DNA of 34,437 nucleotides from Chlamydiota bacterium (GCA_039179045.1 JBCDEZ010000010.1:1-34437), one strand, 5' to 3'. Counted from the first letter of the stretch, positions 17,206 to 27,573 are shown. Notes: a model not told the origin generated them from the letters alone. Program-made: numbers and translations.

Positions 17206-17822
17206 ACCGAGCGCACCTGATCCAACAGGTACTGGAAAAGTACATTCCCGATCCACAACCGGCGCTATTGCATACGAGCCATTTCACACTCCTTGTATCC
17301 GTACTCCTCTCAGCGCAATGCACAGACAAAGCGGTCAATCGGATTACTCCCTCTCTTTTCGCTCTTGCAGACACGCCTGAAAAAATGTCCGTTCAGACAC
17401 AAGAGACGATCTTCGACAAGATCCGCTCTCTCGGGCTAGCCCCCAAAAAATCGAAGGCGATCTTGTCCCTATCCAAGATCTTGGTCGAAGAGTTTGGAGG
17501 CGACGTGCCCCCTTCACTCGAAGCGCTCATGCGCCTTCCTGGTGTGGGGAGAAAAACCGCGTTGGTTGTCCTCTCTCAAGGGTTTGGTATACCTAGCTTT
17601 CCCGTCGATACACATATCCACCGGTGTTCGCACCGTTGGGGCCTTTCTACTGGAAAAACTCCGTTGCACGTGGAAAAAGATCTGTGTCGCCTGTTTCCAA
17701 AATCCAGTTGGAACCGTTTGCATCTGCAGATCATCTTGTTTGCACGACGGTACTGCCCCGCGAAAAAGCATACCCCAGCTGAGTGCCCCATCTGCTCTTT
17801 GCTACCACACGAAGAAGAGTGA
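17202..17822 (+). CDS. nth: Endonuclease III
   Basis: LLSAQCTDKAVN, HhH LPGVGRKTA, FPVDTHIHR, C-terminal Cys cluster. Start at 17202 overlaps the mnmE stop (ATGA). Confidence 0.96.
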   Translation: MNRAHLIQQVLEKYIPDPQPALLHTSHFTLLVSVLLSAQCTDKAVNRITPSLFALADTPEKMSVQTQETIFDKIRSLGLAPKKSKAILSLSKILVEEFGGDVPPSLEALMRLPGVGRKTALVVLSQGFGIPSFPVDTHIHRCSHRWGLSTGKTPLHVEKDLCRLFPKSSWNRLHLQIILFARRYCPAKKHTPAECPICSLLPHEEE

Positions 17823-17934
17823 GTTTTCCCCATCTGGAAGAATTTGGCATGGAACGCATTGACCAAGAATTGGTTAGCTGCTTTTCTACAATTTTTTGAA
17901 GCGGAACCCTTGAGAATAAATGCCGCCTTTGAAC

Positions 17935-17964
17935 TTGAAAAGAAATCTTTCCATCAATTATTAT
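17935..17964 (+). promoter_or_regulatory. Putative sigma66/sigma70 promoter for secA
   Basis: TTGAAA-18 bp-TATTAT in an AT-rich intergenic region, with an AAGG SD before ATG 17996. Confidence 0.4.
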
Positions 17965-17995
17965 TATAAATTATTACTAGTAAGGGTTTAAGGTA

Positions 17996-20869
17996 ATGTT
18001 TGGTTTGTTGAAGAGAGTATTTGGAACTGCGCAAGATCGAAAACTGCGCAAATACCGAAAAATTGTGGACCAGATCAATGCTTTCGAAGCAACCTACCAG
18101 AGGCTTTCTGATCAGGAGCTACGCGCAAAAACAGCAGAATTCAAAAAAAGAATCCAAGAGGGGGAGTCGTTAGACGATCTACTACCCGAGGCATACGCAG
18201 TGGTGAAAAACGCCTGTAGGCGCCTTGTAGGGCGGGAGATTCGAGTTTCTGGCTATCACCAAAAATGGGACATGGTTCCCTACGATGTGCAGCTTCTCGG
18301 CGCAATAGCAATGCACTTTTGCTCGATTGCAGAAATGCAGACAGGAGAGGGGAAGACCCTCACCGCCTCCATGCCTCTTTACCTGAACGCTCTTAGCGGC
18401 CAGCCTGTACATCTTGTCACCGTCAACGATTACTTAGCGCAACGAGACTGCGAATGGATCGGCGTGATCTTTCTTTTTCTAGACCTTTCTGTAGGCTACC
18501 TCCGCTCTGACATGCTCTCGCAAAAACGGCAGGAGATCTATGCAAAAGATATCGTGTATGGCACTGCCTCTGAGTTTGGTTTCGACTACCTCCGCGACAA
18601 CTCAATGGCAACTCACCAAAAAGAACAAGTACAAAGAGGCCACTACTTCGTCATTGTCGATGAGATCGACTCGATCCTGATCGATGAAGCAAGGACTCCC
18701 CTCATTATCTCAGGCCCTGCTGCAAAAAGAACCCAGATGTATGACGGCCTCAAAAAAGGTGTAGATCACCTTGTCCGCAAACAACAAGAATTGTGTCAGA
18801 GCCTAGCGCAAAACGCGCACAAAACTCTGGAAGAAGAAGACGCCATGACAAGCGCTGCTCTACGCAAAAAGCGCGCTACTGTCAAAGAGGCTTTGCGCAC
18901 CTTATGGCTCGTGGGCAAAGGAACGCCCCGCAACTCTCTGCTCAAAAGTCTGCGGGAAAATCCTGATATCCGAGCTGAACTAGAAGCTCTTGAAACTTAC
19001 TACTGCTCTGAACAGAACAAAGAGGAGAAGGAAAAGGCCTTCAAAGAGCTTTATATCATTGTCGACGAAAGAGCTTCTGAGTATGAACTCACCGACAAGG
19101 GGATCGATGTGTGGACAGAGCAAGAAAAGGGCAGTCCGCATGATTTTGTGATGCTCGATCTCGGCTTCGAATATGCAGAGATCGACGATGCAGATCTATC
19201 CGAATCGGAAAAGATGGAAAAGAAGCGCGCGCTTCAAAAAGAAGATACGCAGAGAAAAGCGCGCGCGCACAGCCTACGCCAACTCTTCCGAGCTCATCTT
19301 CTTTTGGAAAAAGACGTCGACTACATCATCCAGGAAGAAAAAGTTGTCATCATCGATGAGAATACAGGCAGGCCCCAACCAGGCAGAAGGTACTCCGACG
19401 GTCTACACCAAGCGATCGAGGCCAAAGAGGGTTTGCAAGTGCAAGGAGAAACGCAAAACTATGCGACGATTACCTTACAAAACTACTTCCGGATGTACGA
19501 AAAACTCGCAGGGATGACGGGCACCGCGATCACCGAAGCGATCGAATTCAAAGAGCTCTACGAGCTCGAAGTATTGCAGATTCCCACCCATAAGCCTTGC
19601 ATTCGGAAAGACTTTGACGATGAGATCTACATGACCGAGCGGGAAAAGTATACCGCTATGCTCGAAGAGATCAAAAGCATCCACGAACGAGGGCAACCGA
19701 TCTTGATCGGCACCGAGTCAGTGGACGTATCCGAAAGATTTTCCCAGCTCTTGAAAAAGATGGGCCTACGCCATACCGTCTTGAATGCCAAGAACCATGC
19801 AAAAGAAGCGGAGATCATCGCAGGTGCTGGTGTGGAAGGGGCCATTACTCTTGCCACCAAGATGGCGGGGAGAGGGACGGATATCAAGCTCACTCCAGAA
19901 GCGAAAAAAGCAGGAGGCTTGGCCATTCTTGGAGCTACTCGAGACGAATCACGCAGAGCCGATCGCCAGATGCGTGGAAGATCGGGTCGTTTGGGAGATC
20001 CGGGATTCTCAAAATTTTACCTCTCATTTGAAGACCGCCTCCCTAGGCTTTTTGCTTCCCCGAGAATGACTGCAATTTTACAACGCTTCCGCCCCCCTGA
20101 AGGAGAGCCAATCTCAGCGAAGGTGCTCAATAAATCCATTGAAACAGCCCAGAAAAGAGTCGAGCAGCGCAATTACGCTGCCCGCAAACGAACCTTGGAG
20201 TATGACGATGTGATGAACAAGCAGCGCCAAGAGATCTACGCTTTTCGCCAAGAGACCCTCACGGTTGAAGACTCCCTCGATCTGGCAGCCGATCTCTTAC
20301 ACAAAGCCATCTCTACCCTGTTCGCAGAATTTTCCGAAGAGAGCCCAGAGGCAAAAGAGTCTTTCCGAGCTACTCTCATGAGTCATTACCCTGTACACTT
20401 TTCTGAAGATGCGTGGAAAGAGCAAGACTCCTCTTCCTTAGAGGAGTACGTATACACGAAAGTCTTAGAAGAGTGGGAGCGTAAATGCTCCATGGAGGAA
20501 GGGGAGATCCTCAACTTCCTCAATCCAGAAAAGTCTCCTAACCAGGTGTTGCGCGAGGTTGTACGCAACCTCATCGTGCGCAAAATCGACACACTCTGGC
20601 AAGAGCACCTCACGGCAGTCGATCACCTGCGCGCTGATGTACACCTGCGCGTTGTGGGACAAAAAGATCCCCTCATGGAGTTCAAGCAAGAAGCCTTTTT
20701 CCTTTTTGCCTCCTTTTCGAATCAGCTCTACCAAGAGATTGCAAGAGATCTATTTCGTTTCGCAATGATCATTCCACAGGAAAAAGTGCTCGAAAAGCTG
20801 CGCAAAGAGGCAAAAGGCAAAAAAGCGCGGTCGAAAGACTCCCCCCTGATCCCTTTCCCTCAAGGCTAG
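17996..20869 (+). CDS. secA: Preprotein translocase ATPase SecA (chlamydial type)
   Basis: IAEMQTGEGKT, VTVNDYLAQRD, FGFDYLRDN, VDEIDSILIDEARTPLIISG, GLHQAIEAKE, GMTGTA, MAGRGTDI, GQKDPL.EFK. Confidence 0.99.
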   Translation: MFGLLKRVFGTAQDRKLRKYRKIVDQINAFEATYQRLSDQELRAKTAEFKKRIQEGESLDDLLPEAYAVVKNACRRLVGREIRVSGYHQKWDMVPYDVQLLGAIAMHFCSIAEMQTGEGKTLTASMPLYLNALSGQPVHLVTVNDYLAQRDCEWIGVIFLFLDLSVGYLRSDMLSQKRQEIYAKDIVYGTASEFGFDYLRDNSMATHQKEQVQRGHYFVIVDEIDSILIDEARTPLIISGPAAKRTQMYDGLKKGVDHLVRKQQELCQSLAQNAHKTLEEEDAMTSAALRKKRATVKEALRTLWLVGKGTPRNSLLKSLRENPDIRAELEALETYYCSEQNKEEKEKAFKELYIIVDERASEYELTDKGIDVWTEQEKGSPHDFVMLDLGFEYAEIDDADLSESEKMEKKRALQKEDTQRKARAHSLRQLFRAHLLLEKDVDYIIQEEKVVIIDENTGRPQPGRRYSDGLHQAIEAKEGLQVQGETQNYATITLQNYFRMYEKLAGMTGTAITEAIEFKELYELEVLQIPTHKPCIRKDFDDEIYMTEREKYTAMLEEIKSIHERGQPILIGTESVDVSERFSQLLKKMGLRHTVLNAKNHAKEAEIIAGAGVEGAITLATKMAGRGTDIKLTPEAKKAGGLAILGATRDESRRADRQMRGRSGRLGDPGFSKFYLSFEDRLPRLFASPRMTAILQRFRPPEGEPISAKVLNKSIETAQKRVEQRNYAARKRTLEYDDVMNKQRQEIYAFRQETLTVEDSLDLAADLLHKAISTLFAEFSEESPEAKESFRATLMSHYPVHFSEDAWKEQDSSSLEEYVYTKVLEEWERKCSMEEGEILNFLNPEKSPNQVLREVVRNLIVRKIDTLWQEHLTAVDHLRADVHLRVVGQKDPLMEFKQEAFFLFASFSNQLYQEIARDLFRFAMIIPQEKVLEKLRKEAKGKKARSKDSPLIPFPQG

Positions 20870-20903
20870 GCTAAGATAGGTACATTGCTAGAGTAAAATT
20901 TGG

Positions 20904-20919
20904 TCCTCTTGCGAGAGGA
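20904..20919. terminator. Short hairpin between convergent secA and argS, possible bidirectional terminator
   Basis: TCCTCT-TGCG-AGAGGA inverted repeat. No strong U-tract. Confidence 0.3.
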
Positions 20920-20922
20920 GCC

Positions 20923-22656
20923 TCACATTCTTTCGATGATGGGTATGCCGAGAATACACAAGCCTTTTTCCAGTACTTGCCGGGCCGCTTCAACTAGACA
21001 GAGCCTTCCGTTTTGCTCAGAGGCTCCCTTGACGCGGCAATCTCGGAAAAAAGCGTTGAATTTCTCTGCAAGCTGGTAGAGATATTCACAAAGGTGGTGG
21101 GGCTCCAAGTTCGAAGAGATGAATGCGATTATATCAGCAAACCGCAAGAGGTGTAGACAAAGAGCCACCTCGCTTGGATGCTCAACATGAGGCATATTGG
21201 ATCTGAGAAGAGTCTTGGGATCTGTCGAGATATTCCTTTGAATTCCCAACATACGCACGTACGAGTAGAGAAGGAAAATCGCGGTATTCCCCTCAAAGCG
21301 GAGCATACGCGCGTAGCTGAACACGTAATCTTTTTGTCTTTGTGAAGCAAGGTCGGCATACTTCACCGAAGAGATTCCCAATACGCGGGCCAAAAAAGCC
21401 TGTTCTTTTTCGGGAAGATTGGGACTTTTTTCCCGGACAAGAAGATGCGCTTTTTCGACCGCTTGATTGAGAAGATCTACCAGTTTTTCCGTATCTCCCG
21501 AGCGCGTTTTGAACTTTTTCCGGTTTTCTCCTAAGACGAGTCCGAAGGTAACGTGATCCATTCGCACCTTTTCTCGGCTATAGTATCCCGCTTTCACGGC
21601 AGCTCCAAATAGGAGTTGGAAGTGTAGTGCCTGACCAGAATCGGTTACTACAATGATCCGATCTGCTTTTTCCACCTCGACCCGCTGGCGCAAAGCGGCA
21701 AGATCTGTCGTATCGTAGGTATAGCCACCGTCCGATTTTTGGACCATAAAGGGCATCGGCTCTCCTTCCCGATTGGTAAACCCGGGAACAAAAATGCATT
21801 TTGCGCCTCCTGAGAGCTCCACGACACCCCGTCTTTCCAACTCCTCCACCATGGCAGGCATTTCGGGCTGGTAGAACGACTCTCCCCTCTCTTGGATTTC
21901 TACACCCAAAAGGGAATAGATTTCCTCGAAAGCGGTCCGAGAAATAGCGCAAATCTGTTCCCAGACAGCCCTGTAGGCAGGATCGCCCCCTTGCAGGGCT
22001 ACAACTGCTTTTTGCCCTTTTTTGCGGAACTCTTCATCTTCATCAAAACAGCGCTTTGCTTCTCGGTACCACTCCATGAGGCGCTCTAATGTCAAAGAAG
22101 CGCTGTTCCACTCTTGTTCCTTATAGGAAAAGATATAGGCAATCAGCATGCCAAACTGCGTCCCCCAATCCCCAATATGGTTCAACCGCAAGACATCATG
22201 TCCTTGGAATTCCAATAGTCGCGCGAGGCTCTCTCCAATGATTGTAGAGCGAAGATGTCCTACGTGGAGCTCTTTGGCAATATTAGGAGAGGAAAATTCG
22301 ACCACAATCCGCTCCTTTTTAGGGGGAGAAATCCCTAGCATCGGGTCGGCTAAAAGTGCTTGGAGATTCTCTGCTAAAAAGGACTGATCCCACGTGACAT
22401 TGATGAAGCCAGGAGGCGTCACTTGCACACTTTGTGCAATATTTTGCAAACAGAGCTTTTCTTCCAATGCACGGGCAAGCTCTAGGGGAGCTTTGCCTAA
22501 AGACTTCGCGATTCTAAAAGCGATATTCGTCTGGTGGTGTCCTAGCTCTTCGCGGAGGCAGGGAGCAATTTCGATCAGATCTTCGGAATCTTCTATCCCT
22601 ATTTGACGCAAAGCTTCGGAAATTTTTTCTTTAAAAAGACGCGATAAAGGGGACAT
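20923..22656 (-). CDS. argS: Arginine--tRNA ligase
   Basis: PGFIN, VVEFSSPNIAKELHVGHLRSTIIG, NHIGDWGTQFG, KSDGGYTYDTTDLAAL, KFKTRSG, FEGNTA, terminal ERM. Confidence 0.99.
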   Translation of the reverse strand: MSPLSRLFKEKISEALRQIGIEDSEDLIEIAPCLREELGHHQTNIAFRIAKSLGKAPLELARALEEKLCLQNIAQSVQVTPPGFINVTWDQSFLAENLQALLADPMLGISPPKKERIVVEFSSPNIAKELHVGHLRSTIIGESLARLLEFQGHDVLRLNHIGDWGTQFGMLIAYIFSYKEQEWNSASLTLERLMEWYREAKRCFDEDEEFRKKGQKAVVALQGGDPAYRAVWEQICAISRTAFEEIYSLLGVEIQERGESFYQPEMPAMVEELERRGVVELSGGAKCIFVPGFTNREGEPMPFMVQKSDGGYTYDTTDLAALRQRVEVEKADRIIVVTDSGQALHFQLLFGAAVKAGYYSREKVRMDHVTFGLVLGENRKKFKTRSGDTEKLVDLLNQAVEKAHLLVREKSPNLPEKEQAFLARVLGISSVKYADLASQRQKDYVFSYARMLRFEGNTAIFLLYSYVRMLGIQRNISTDPKTLLRSNMPHVEHPSEVALCLHLLRFADIIAFISSNLEPHHLCEYLYQLAEKFNAFFRDCRVKGASEQNGRLCLVEAARQVLEKGLCILGIPIIERM

Positions 22657-22693
22657 AACTTATAGAGGGGTAAAGTTGTGGAAGGAGGCGCAT

Positions 22694-23800
22694 TCAATGC
22701 GCATTGCTTGCCCGGCCTTGTCGAAGGCGCTCTGCAACGAGGAGGTCTGCCGCGGCCATTGTAGAAATCTTTTGCACTCTTGCCACATCGTAAATAGAGC
22801 GCAAAGTGGAGGCGATCTCTTCTACCCGGCATTTTCCTTGCAAAGGATCATTAACTCCAGCAAGTTTTTCGGTGACTAAACGGATGAGACCGCCTGCATT
22901 GATGATGTAATCAGGTGCGTAGAGAATCCCCCTTTTGTCCATCTCATCTGCCACCTGAGGAGAAGCTAAAATGTTGTTAGCACCCCCTGCAACGATTTTT
23001 GCGCGGACCGATCCAATATTCTCTTCAAAGAGCACTCCACCAAGAGCACAGGGAGACAGAACATCACAAGGAACAAAAAGGAGGGCATCTTTCGAGACAA
23101 CCTGAGCGGAGAAACGTTCTGCGCAAAAACGCGCTTTTTGAGGATCTGTATCGCTCACAATGAGCTGCGCTCCCTTCCAAAAAAGAAACTCCGCAAGAGC
23201 CATACCGACTCCTCCTAAACCTTGGATAGCGATCGTTTTGCCTTTACAAGAGCTACTCCCAAAAACCTGCTCCAACGAAACTTCGATTCCCGCAACTACG
23301 CCCCAAGCAGTAAACTTTGAAGGTCCCCCTATGTCTCGACTCCAACCTGCTACGTACTCAGTAGCTTTTCGAATCTCTTGGAGCTCAGAGATACCTATCC
23401 CTACATCTTTCGCAGCGATATACTGACCGGAAAACGCGTCGATGAAGCGACCGAATGCGCGAAGAGCAGTAGAAGAGAGCTTGGAGCTCTCAGCGCATAG
23501 CACACTTTTCCCTCCTCCGATTGGCAAACCAGATGCCGCCGCTTTGTGTGTCATTGCCCTCGATAGATTCATCACATCGGACAGAGCTTCATTCTGAGAA
23601 GAGTAAGGATAGCAGCGCACACCTCCTAGAGCGGGGCCCAGGGTTAGGTCATGCAAAGACAAAATTGCCTCTAGCCCGCTTTTAGCGTGCATGCAAGAAA
23701 AAATTCCTGCAAATCCGGGTCTTTCGATCTGTTCGATCTGGAATTCTTCTGAAAGGGCGTCAAGAGCCTGAAAACAGTGTTCTAAGGTAGAAGAAGTCAT
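22694..23800 (-). CDS. ldh: Glu/Leu/Phe/Val dehydrogenase (leucine dehydrogenase)
   Basis: H..TLGPALGGVR, LSRAMTHK, GGGKSV, DVG, TAWGV, IQGLGGVG, PCALGG, GGANN, YAPDYIINAGGLI. Start set at MTSSTL (23800). Confidence 0.93.
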   Translation of the reverse strand: MTSSTLEHCFQALDALSEEFQIEQIERPGFAGIFSCMHAKSGLEAILSLHDLTLGPALGGVRCYPYSSQNEALSDVMNLSRAMTHKAAASGLPIGGGKSVLCAESSKLSSTALRAFGRFIDAFSGQYIAAKDVGIGISELQEIRKATEYVAGWSRDIGGPSKFTAWGVVAGIEVSLEQVFGSSSCKGKTIAIQGLGGVGMALAEFLFWKGAQLIVSDTDPQKARFCAERFSAQVVSKDALLFVPCDVLSPCALGGVLFEENIGSVRAKIVAGGANNILASPQVADEMDKRGILYAPDYIINAGGLIRLVTEKLAGVNDPLQGKCRVEEIASTLRSIYDVARVQKISTMAAADLLVAERLRQGRASNAH

Positions 23801-24264
23801 ACAATCGTCCAAATGCGCTGAAAGGTATCCGCATCTTAGCAAGTTTCATCCAAGAGTGCAAGAATGGGAGAGAAATCTCAGATAACACGACATGCTTTTT
23901 GCTATATGTAATTTATCTATACCCATTTGAATTGAAGAATTGGATTAGAGGGAAGCTATTTGCGATCCGTTTCTTCAGTTGGCGCGAAAGCTCTGGACTA
24001 GGCAAGGACACCCTCCAAAAATTTGCTGTCATCAGGCGAGATATTGAGTGATGGTTTTTTAGGCCGGTAAGTTTATGCAGGGTATCGGCTGCCGATATTC
24101 CTATGAAGGATAGGTCCGCTTCACTATTTGATCTCTCCTAAGATACTCTTTTGAATTTGGAAAATACATATGTTATACAAGCTAGAAATCTTTTTGCAGT
24201 AGATTTTTTCTATCTCATTCTTTTTCAATTAGTTGCGAAATCACCTGAAAAAAAGGATTGTTCT

Positions 24265-24273
24265 TGTTATAAT
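24265..24273 (+). promoter_or_regulatory. Extended -10 element for the orphan ORF upstream of tRNA-Ala
   Basis: TGtTATAAT perfect match, 22 nt before ATG 24296. Confidence 0.45.
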
Positions 24274-24295
24274 CTTTGAATATTTAGAAATTTCT

Positions 24296-24793
24296 ATGAT
24301 TGCAGAGCCTATTTTCGGTGCTATCGCAAATCCTTTGGATAGATGGTTCGAAACCCTAGTCACAAAGCACAATCGCCCCGTATCAGGGCGCTTCATGGGC
24401 GTTATCCTGACGCTACTTGTGCGGCCCATCTGGCACATTTTGACGCAGTATTTTTGGTGCGTGTATAACCTCTGTGGCTTAATAGGGAACTTGGGAAAGT
24501 ATCCCTGGCATGATACTCGGAGTTGTCCATCATCTTCGGAGATCCTGGACAGGATCTCTTGGCATAAAGATCTACTGCTTTATAACGCATGTGATATTTT
24601 TTCTCTTATGAATATAGTATGGATTGTAAAAGGCGCTTTGCATGGTTTGTGCGGTGTGCTTCGAGATCCCTCTGCAAAGAGATCGTACGAGCGAGATATT
24701 AGTTTGAGGGATATTATCCTGAATCATTACCAAAATCATGATACGCGAAGCATACAAAGGATAGAGTCCTGTCCTGAATTTAGCTCGGCCTAA
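24296..24793 (+). CDS. Hypothetical protein (~165 aa) with two hydrophobic stretches
   Basis: Only substantial ORF in the ldh-tRNA gap. ATG at 24296 lies downstream of an extended -10. Confidence 0.65.
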   Translation: MIAEPIFGAIANPLDRWFETLVTKHNRPVSGRFMGVILTLLVRPIWHILTQYFWCVYNLCGLIGNLGKYPWHDTRSCPSSSEILDRISWHKDLLLYNACDIFSLMNIVWIVKGALHGLCGVLRDPSAKRSYERDISLRDIILNHYQNHDTRSIQRIESCPEFSSA

Positions 24794-24927
24794 CCCTTTT
24801 CCAACAGACTTTTGCAAGATATACCGTACAGTTGTATTCTCTTTTCCATCACCAGGACGCAGTTTATCTACTATTGAGAAAATTTGGTCTTTTTCTCTAT
24901 AATTAGGGAGTGTTCCTTTGTTTTCGA

Positions 24928-25000
24928 GGGGCGTTAGCTCAGTTGGTAGAGCGCAACAATGGCATTGTTGAGGTCAACGGTTCGATTCCGTTACGCTCCA
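24928..25000 (+). tRNA. tRNA-Ala (anticodon GGC), CCA not encoded
   Basis: Acceptor stem GGGGCGT/ACGCTCC+A with G3:U70, D arm GCTCAGTTGGTAGAGC, anticodon arm CAACA-ATGGCAT-TGTTG, T arm AACGG-TTCGATT-CCGTT. Confidence 0.98.
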
Positions 25001-26673
25001 GATTTCGTCTCTGTCTCCAAAAGATCCAAAAACGCTTCGAGCTGCTTTGCTCTTGTTGGGTGGCGCATCTTCCGTAGAGCCTTTGCCTCAATTTGCCGCA
25101 CCCGTTCTCTTGTCACTTTGAAACGAAGACCCACCTCTTCAAGAGTTTTGGGCTTCCCGTCGAGAAGACCAAAGCGCTCGATCAGTACCGTTCTTTCCCT
25201 TTCGGTGAGAGTGGAAAGAACCTGATTGATCTTGTCTTTCAAGATCGAGTATCCCGTAGCTTCTGCAGGGGATTCAATTCCCGTATCTTCTAGGAAGTCC
25301 CCAAACTGGCTCTCTCCCCCATCGCCTACCTCTGCTTGCAAGGAGATCGGATGTTGGGCGATCTTGTAGATCTCGCGCACTTTTTCTGGAGTGATGCCCA
25401 GCTCTTGCGCGAGTTCTTCTGGAGTAGGCTCTCTACCCGTTTCCATCATCAGTTTTTTAGCGCCGCGCAGTACTTTGTTGATCGTCTCGATCATGTGCAC
25501 AGGAATGCGGATCGTACGCGCTTGGTCTGCAATGGCTCTTGTGACTGCTTGGCGGATCCACCAGGTAGCGTAGGTGGAGAATTTGTATCCTCTGCGGTAC
25601 TCAAACTTTTCTACCGCTTTCATCAGGCCCATATTGCCCTCTTGGATGAGGTCGAGGAAGGAGAGGCCTCGATTCGTATACTTCTTCGCAATCGAGATCA
25701 CCAAGCGGAGGTTCGATTCGACCATTTCTCTTTTCGCTTCTTGACTTTTGTCCATCCATCTTTGGAGCATGCGGACATCTTTCTTGAAGTCTTCGAGCGT
25801 TCTTCCAGCAGCGAGCTCTCTTTTGAAGAGCTTTCTTTGAGCTGCGCGCAGCTTGCTAAGAGCGAATTTATTCTTCTCTGCTCTTGGCTTGAGCTCTTGG
25901 ATCTCTTTTTCAAGCTGCAAAAAGCGGTCGTAGGCAGCGAGAATGACCTCACCGAAGTCTTCGGTCACATTGTGGCGGCAGGCAAATCTACGGAGGTATG
26001 CTTGCGAACGGATGCGCGATTTTTCCACCTGCTCTAAAAGATGAACCCGTCTTTTCGGTTCCACATCGTCTTGCATCAGCTCCAACAAGAGCCCTGCTAA
26101 GTAGGCATCTTCTTGCCGCATGAGCTCAGAGAGCTTGGGAAGAAGCTCGAGATAGCTCTGCTTATCGGTGATCTCTTTTTCTGCTACGACTTTATCGAAG
26201 CGCTCTTTACCTGAAATGAGATGGTGTGCGATGGCGATTGCCTCGCGAATAGAGTAACGAAAACGCATGATGATCTTTTGAATCTGGATTTGTGCTTTTT
26301 CGATTCTCTTGGAGATCTCTACCTCTTCCTCACGCGTCAAAAGGGGAACCGATCCCATCTCTTTCAAGTACATTCGTACGGGATCGTCAGAAGACCCATC
26401 AGACCGCTTGGGCAAGCCTTCAAGCTCTTTAGCTTCTTTTTTCCGCTCTTTCTGTCGGTCTACCTCAGACTGGTTAAGGATCTGGATATCCATGCCGCTT
26501 AAGTAGATCAACACCTGATCGATCTGCTCAGGGGAATCGAAGCTTACGGGGAGTATTTCATTGATTTCTTCGTAGGTGATGTACCCTTGATCTTTAGCAA
26601 CGGCTACTAACTCTTCCACTTTTTGCTGGTGTTGTGGATTGAAAAGAGCATTTAAATCTTTGGATTTATTCAT
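24991..26673 (-). CDS. rpoD: Primary RNA polymerase sigma factor (chlamydial sigma66)
   Basis: Region 1.1 [10 protein letters not shown], 1.2 [11 protein letters not shown], 2 [17 protein letters not shown]...[13 protein letters not shown], 4 [23 protein letters not shown]. Confidence 0.99.
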   Translation of the reverse strand: MNKSKDLNALFNPQHQQKVEELVAVAKDQGYITYEEINEILPVSFDSPEQIDQVLIYLSGMDIQILNQSEVDRQKERKKEAKELEGLPKRSDGSSDDPVRMYLKEMGSVPLLTREEEVEISKRIEKAQIQIQKIIMRFRYSIREAIAIAHHLISGKERFDKVVAEKEITDKQSYLELLPKLSELMRQEDAYLAGLLLELMQDDVEPKRRVHLLEQVEKSRIRSQAYLRRFACRHNVTEDFGEVILAAYDRFLQLEKEIQELKPRAEKNKFALSKLRAAQRKLFKRELAAGRTLEDFKKDVRMLQRWMDKSQEAKREMVESNLRLVISIAKKYTNRGLSFLDLIQEGNMGLMKAVEKFEYRRGYKFSTYATWWIRQAVTRAIADQARTIRIPVHMIETINKVLRGAKKLMMETGREPTPEELAQELGITPEKVREIYKIAQHPISLQAEVGDGGESQFGDFLEDTGIESPAEATGYSILKDKINQVLSTLTERERTVLIERFGLLDGKPKTLEEVGLRFKVTRERVRQIEAKALRKMRHPTRAKQLEAFLDLLETETKSGA

Positions 26674-27055
26674 AGATTCCTATCAAAAAGCGACGACGAG
26701 ATAAAAAGATACAAACTCGCATGAATCAACAAAAGGCCTATCACCTGTCTTTCGACTGATTGCAGAAAAAATCCTAGCGATCTACTATTTGCCAATGGCC
26801 AACTTATACATACACGTTTTCTAGATTTTCATTGAAGAAAATTCTTCCAAACAAGCACAGCCTAATCATGAGATATGAGGGTTAGAAGGGAGAAAAAAAC
26901 GGGCGATTTTTTTCCTAATAAAGAAAAAGACCTATACATAAAGGAAAAGGTTGATCACGAGTCAGTAAAATTTATTATGACCAAAACCGAGAATTAAAGT
27001 ACAAGAAATTCTCTTCCAGTCCGATTTTTTCCGGGAAGAAGAGGGCTGCCCCCAC

Positions 27056-27487
27056 TTAGCAATGCTTTTTACCCAAAAAGAAAAAATACAGCGCGCAGCA
27101 AAAAGATCCGAGAGCGTAGAAAAAATATTTGTAAGGAAAGCGCTTCTCCCAAGCAAGGGCGCCGGCAGAACTGGCAGAGGACCAGACTGTGACTTGTGTC
27201 CCCATCCAACTTTTTGCAGCAATCTCTGCTGCAAACTCGTTAGGATAGAGTTGGGGGAAAATTATCTCCCGCTCTTCTTCATTGGCAGTCGGAAAAGCAA
27301 CAAGCAAGCGGAGCTCAAAAAGGTAGGGCGTTCTCGCAGCAATTGACCAACTACGCACAGTCACTTTTTCCTTGCGGACAAGGCTATTGTAGATGGCAAA
27401 GTTGTGTAGAAAAAAAAGGCCATAGGCAAGAAAGAAAAGAGTAGAGATTGCCGCAGCCGGATAACAAAATTTTCTAGCATTGCCCAT
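27056..27487 (-). CDS. Hypothetical membrane protein (143 aa, N- and C-terminal TM helices)
   Basis: Hydrophobic segments AAAISTLFFLAYGLFFL and YFFYALGSFCCALYFFFL flank a soluble loop. Lies between rpsT and rpoD. Confidence 0.75.
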   Translation of the reverse strand: MGNARKFCYPAAAISTLFFLAYGLFFLHNFAIYNSLVRKEKVTVRSWSIAARTPYLFELRLLVAFPTANEEEREIIFPQLYPNEFAAEIAAKSWMGTQVTVWSSASSAGALAWEKRFPYKYFFYALGSFCCALYFFFLGKKHC

Positions 27488-27573
27488 CTGCTTGCACTCT
27501 TTTGCCTACAAGAGTATACTGTGGTTACAATTTTTCTCAAATCCAGAGCAATTGCGCTATTACTAGAGGACTT

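Noticed and set aside
17750..17800. Nth Fe-S motif with only three Cys (C-x4-H-x4-C-x2-C)
   Set aside because: I recall this variant from chlamydial and other Nth subfamilies, so it is not specific to this window.
20780..20869. SecA lacking the C-terminal CPCGSG zinc-binding motif
   Set aside because: Normal for chlamydial SecA.
24233..25000. tRNA-Ala as the integration site of an island
   Set aside because: No integrase and no duplicated tRNA 3' end; rpoD directly abuts the 3' end.
25336..26037. 233-aa antisense ORF over rpoD (and 237/252-aa antisense ORFs over tpsA)
   Set aside because: Shadow ORFs typical of the reverse frame of conserved or biased coding sequence, with no independent motifs.
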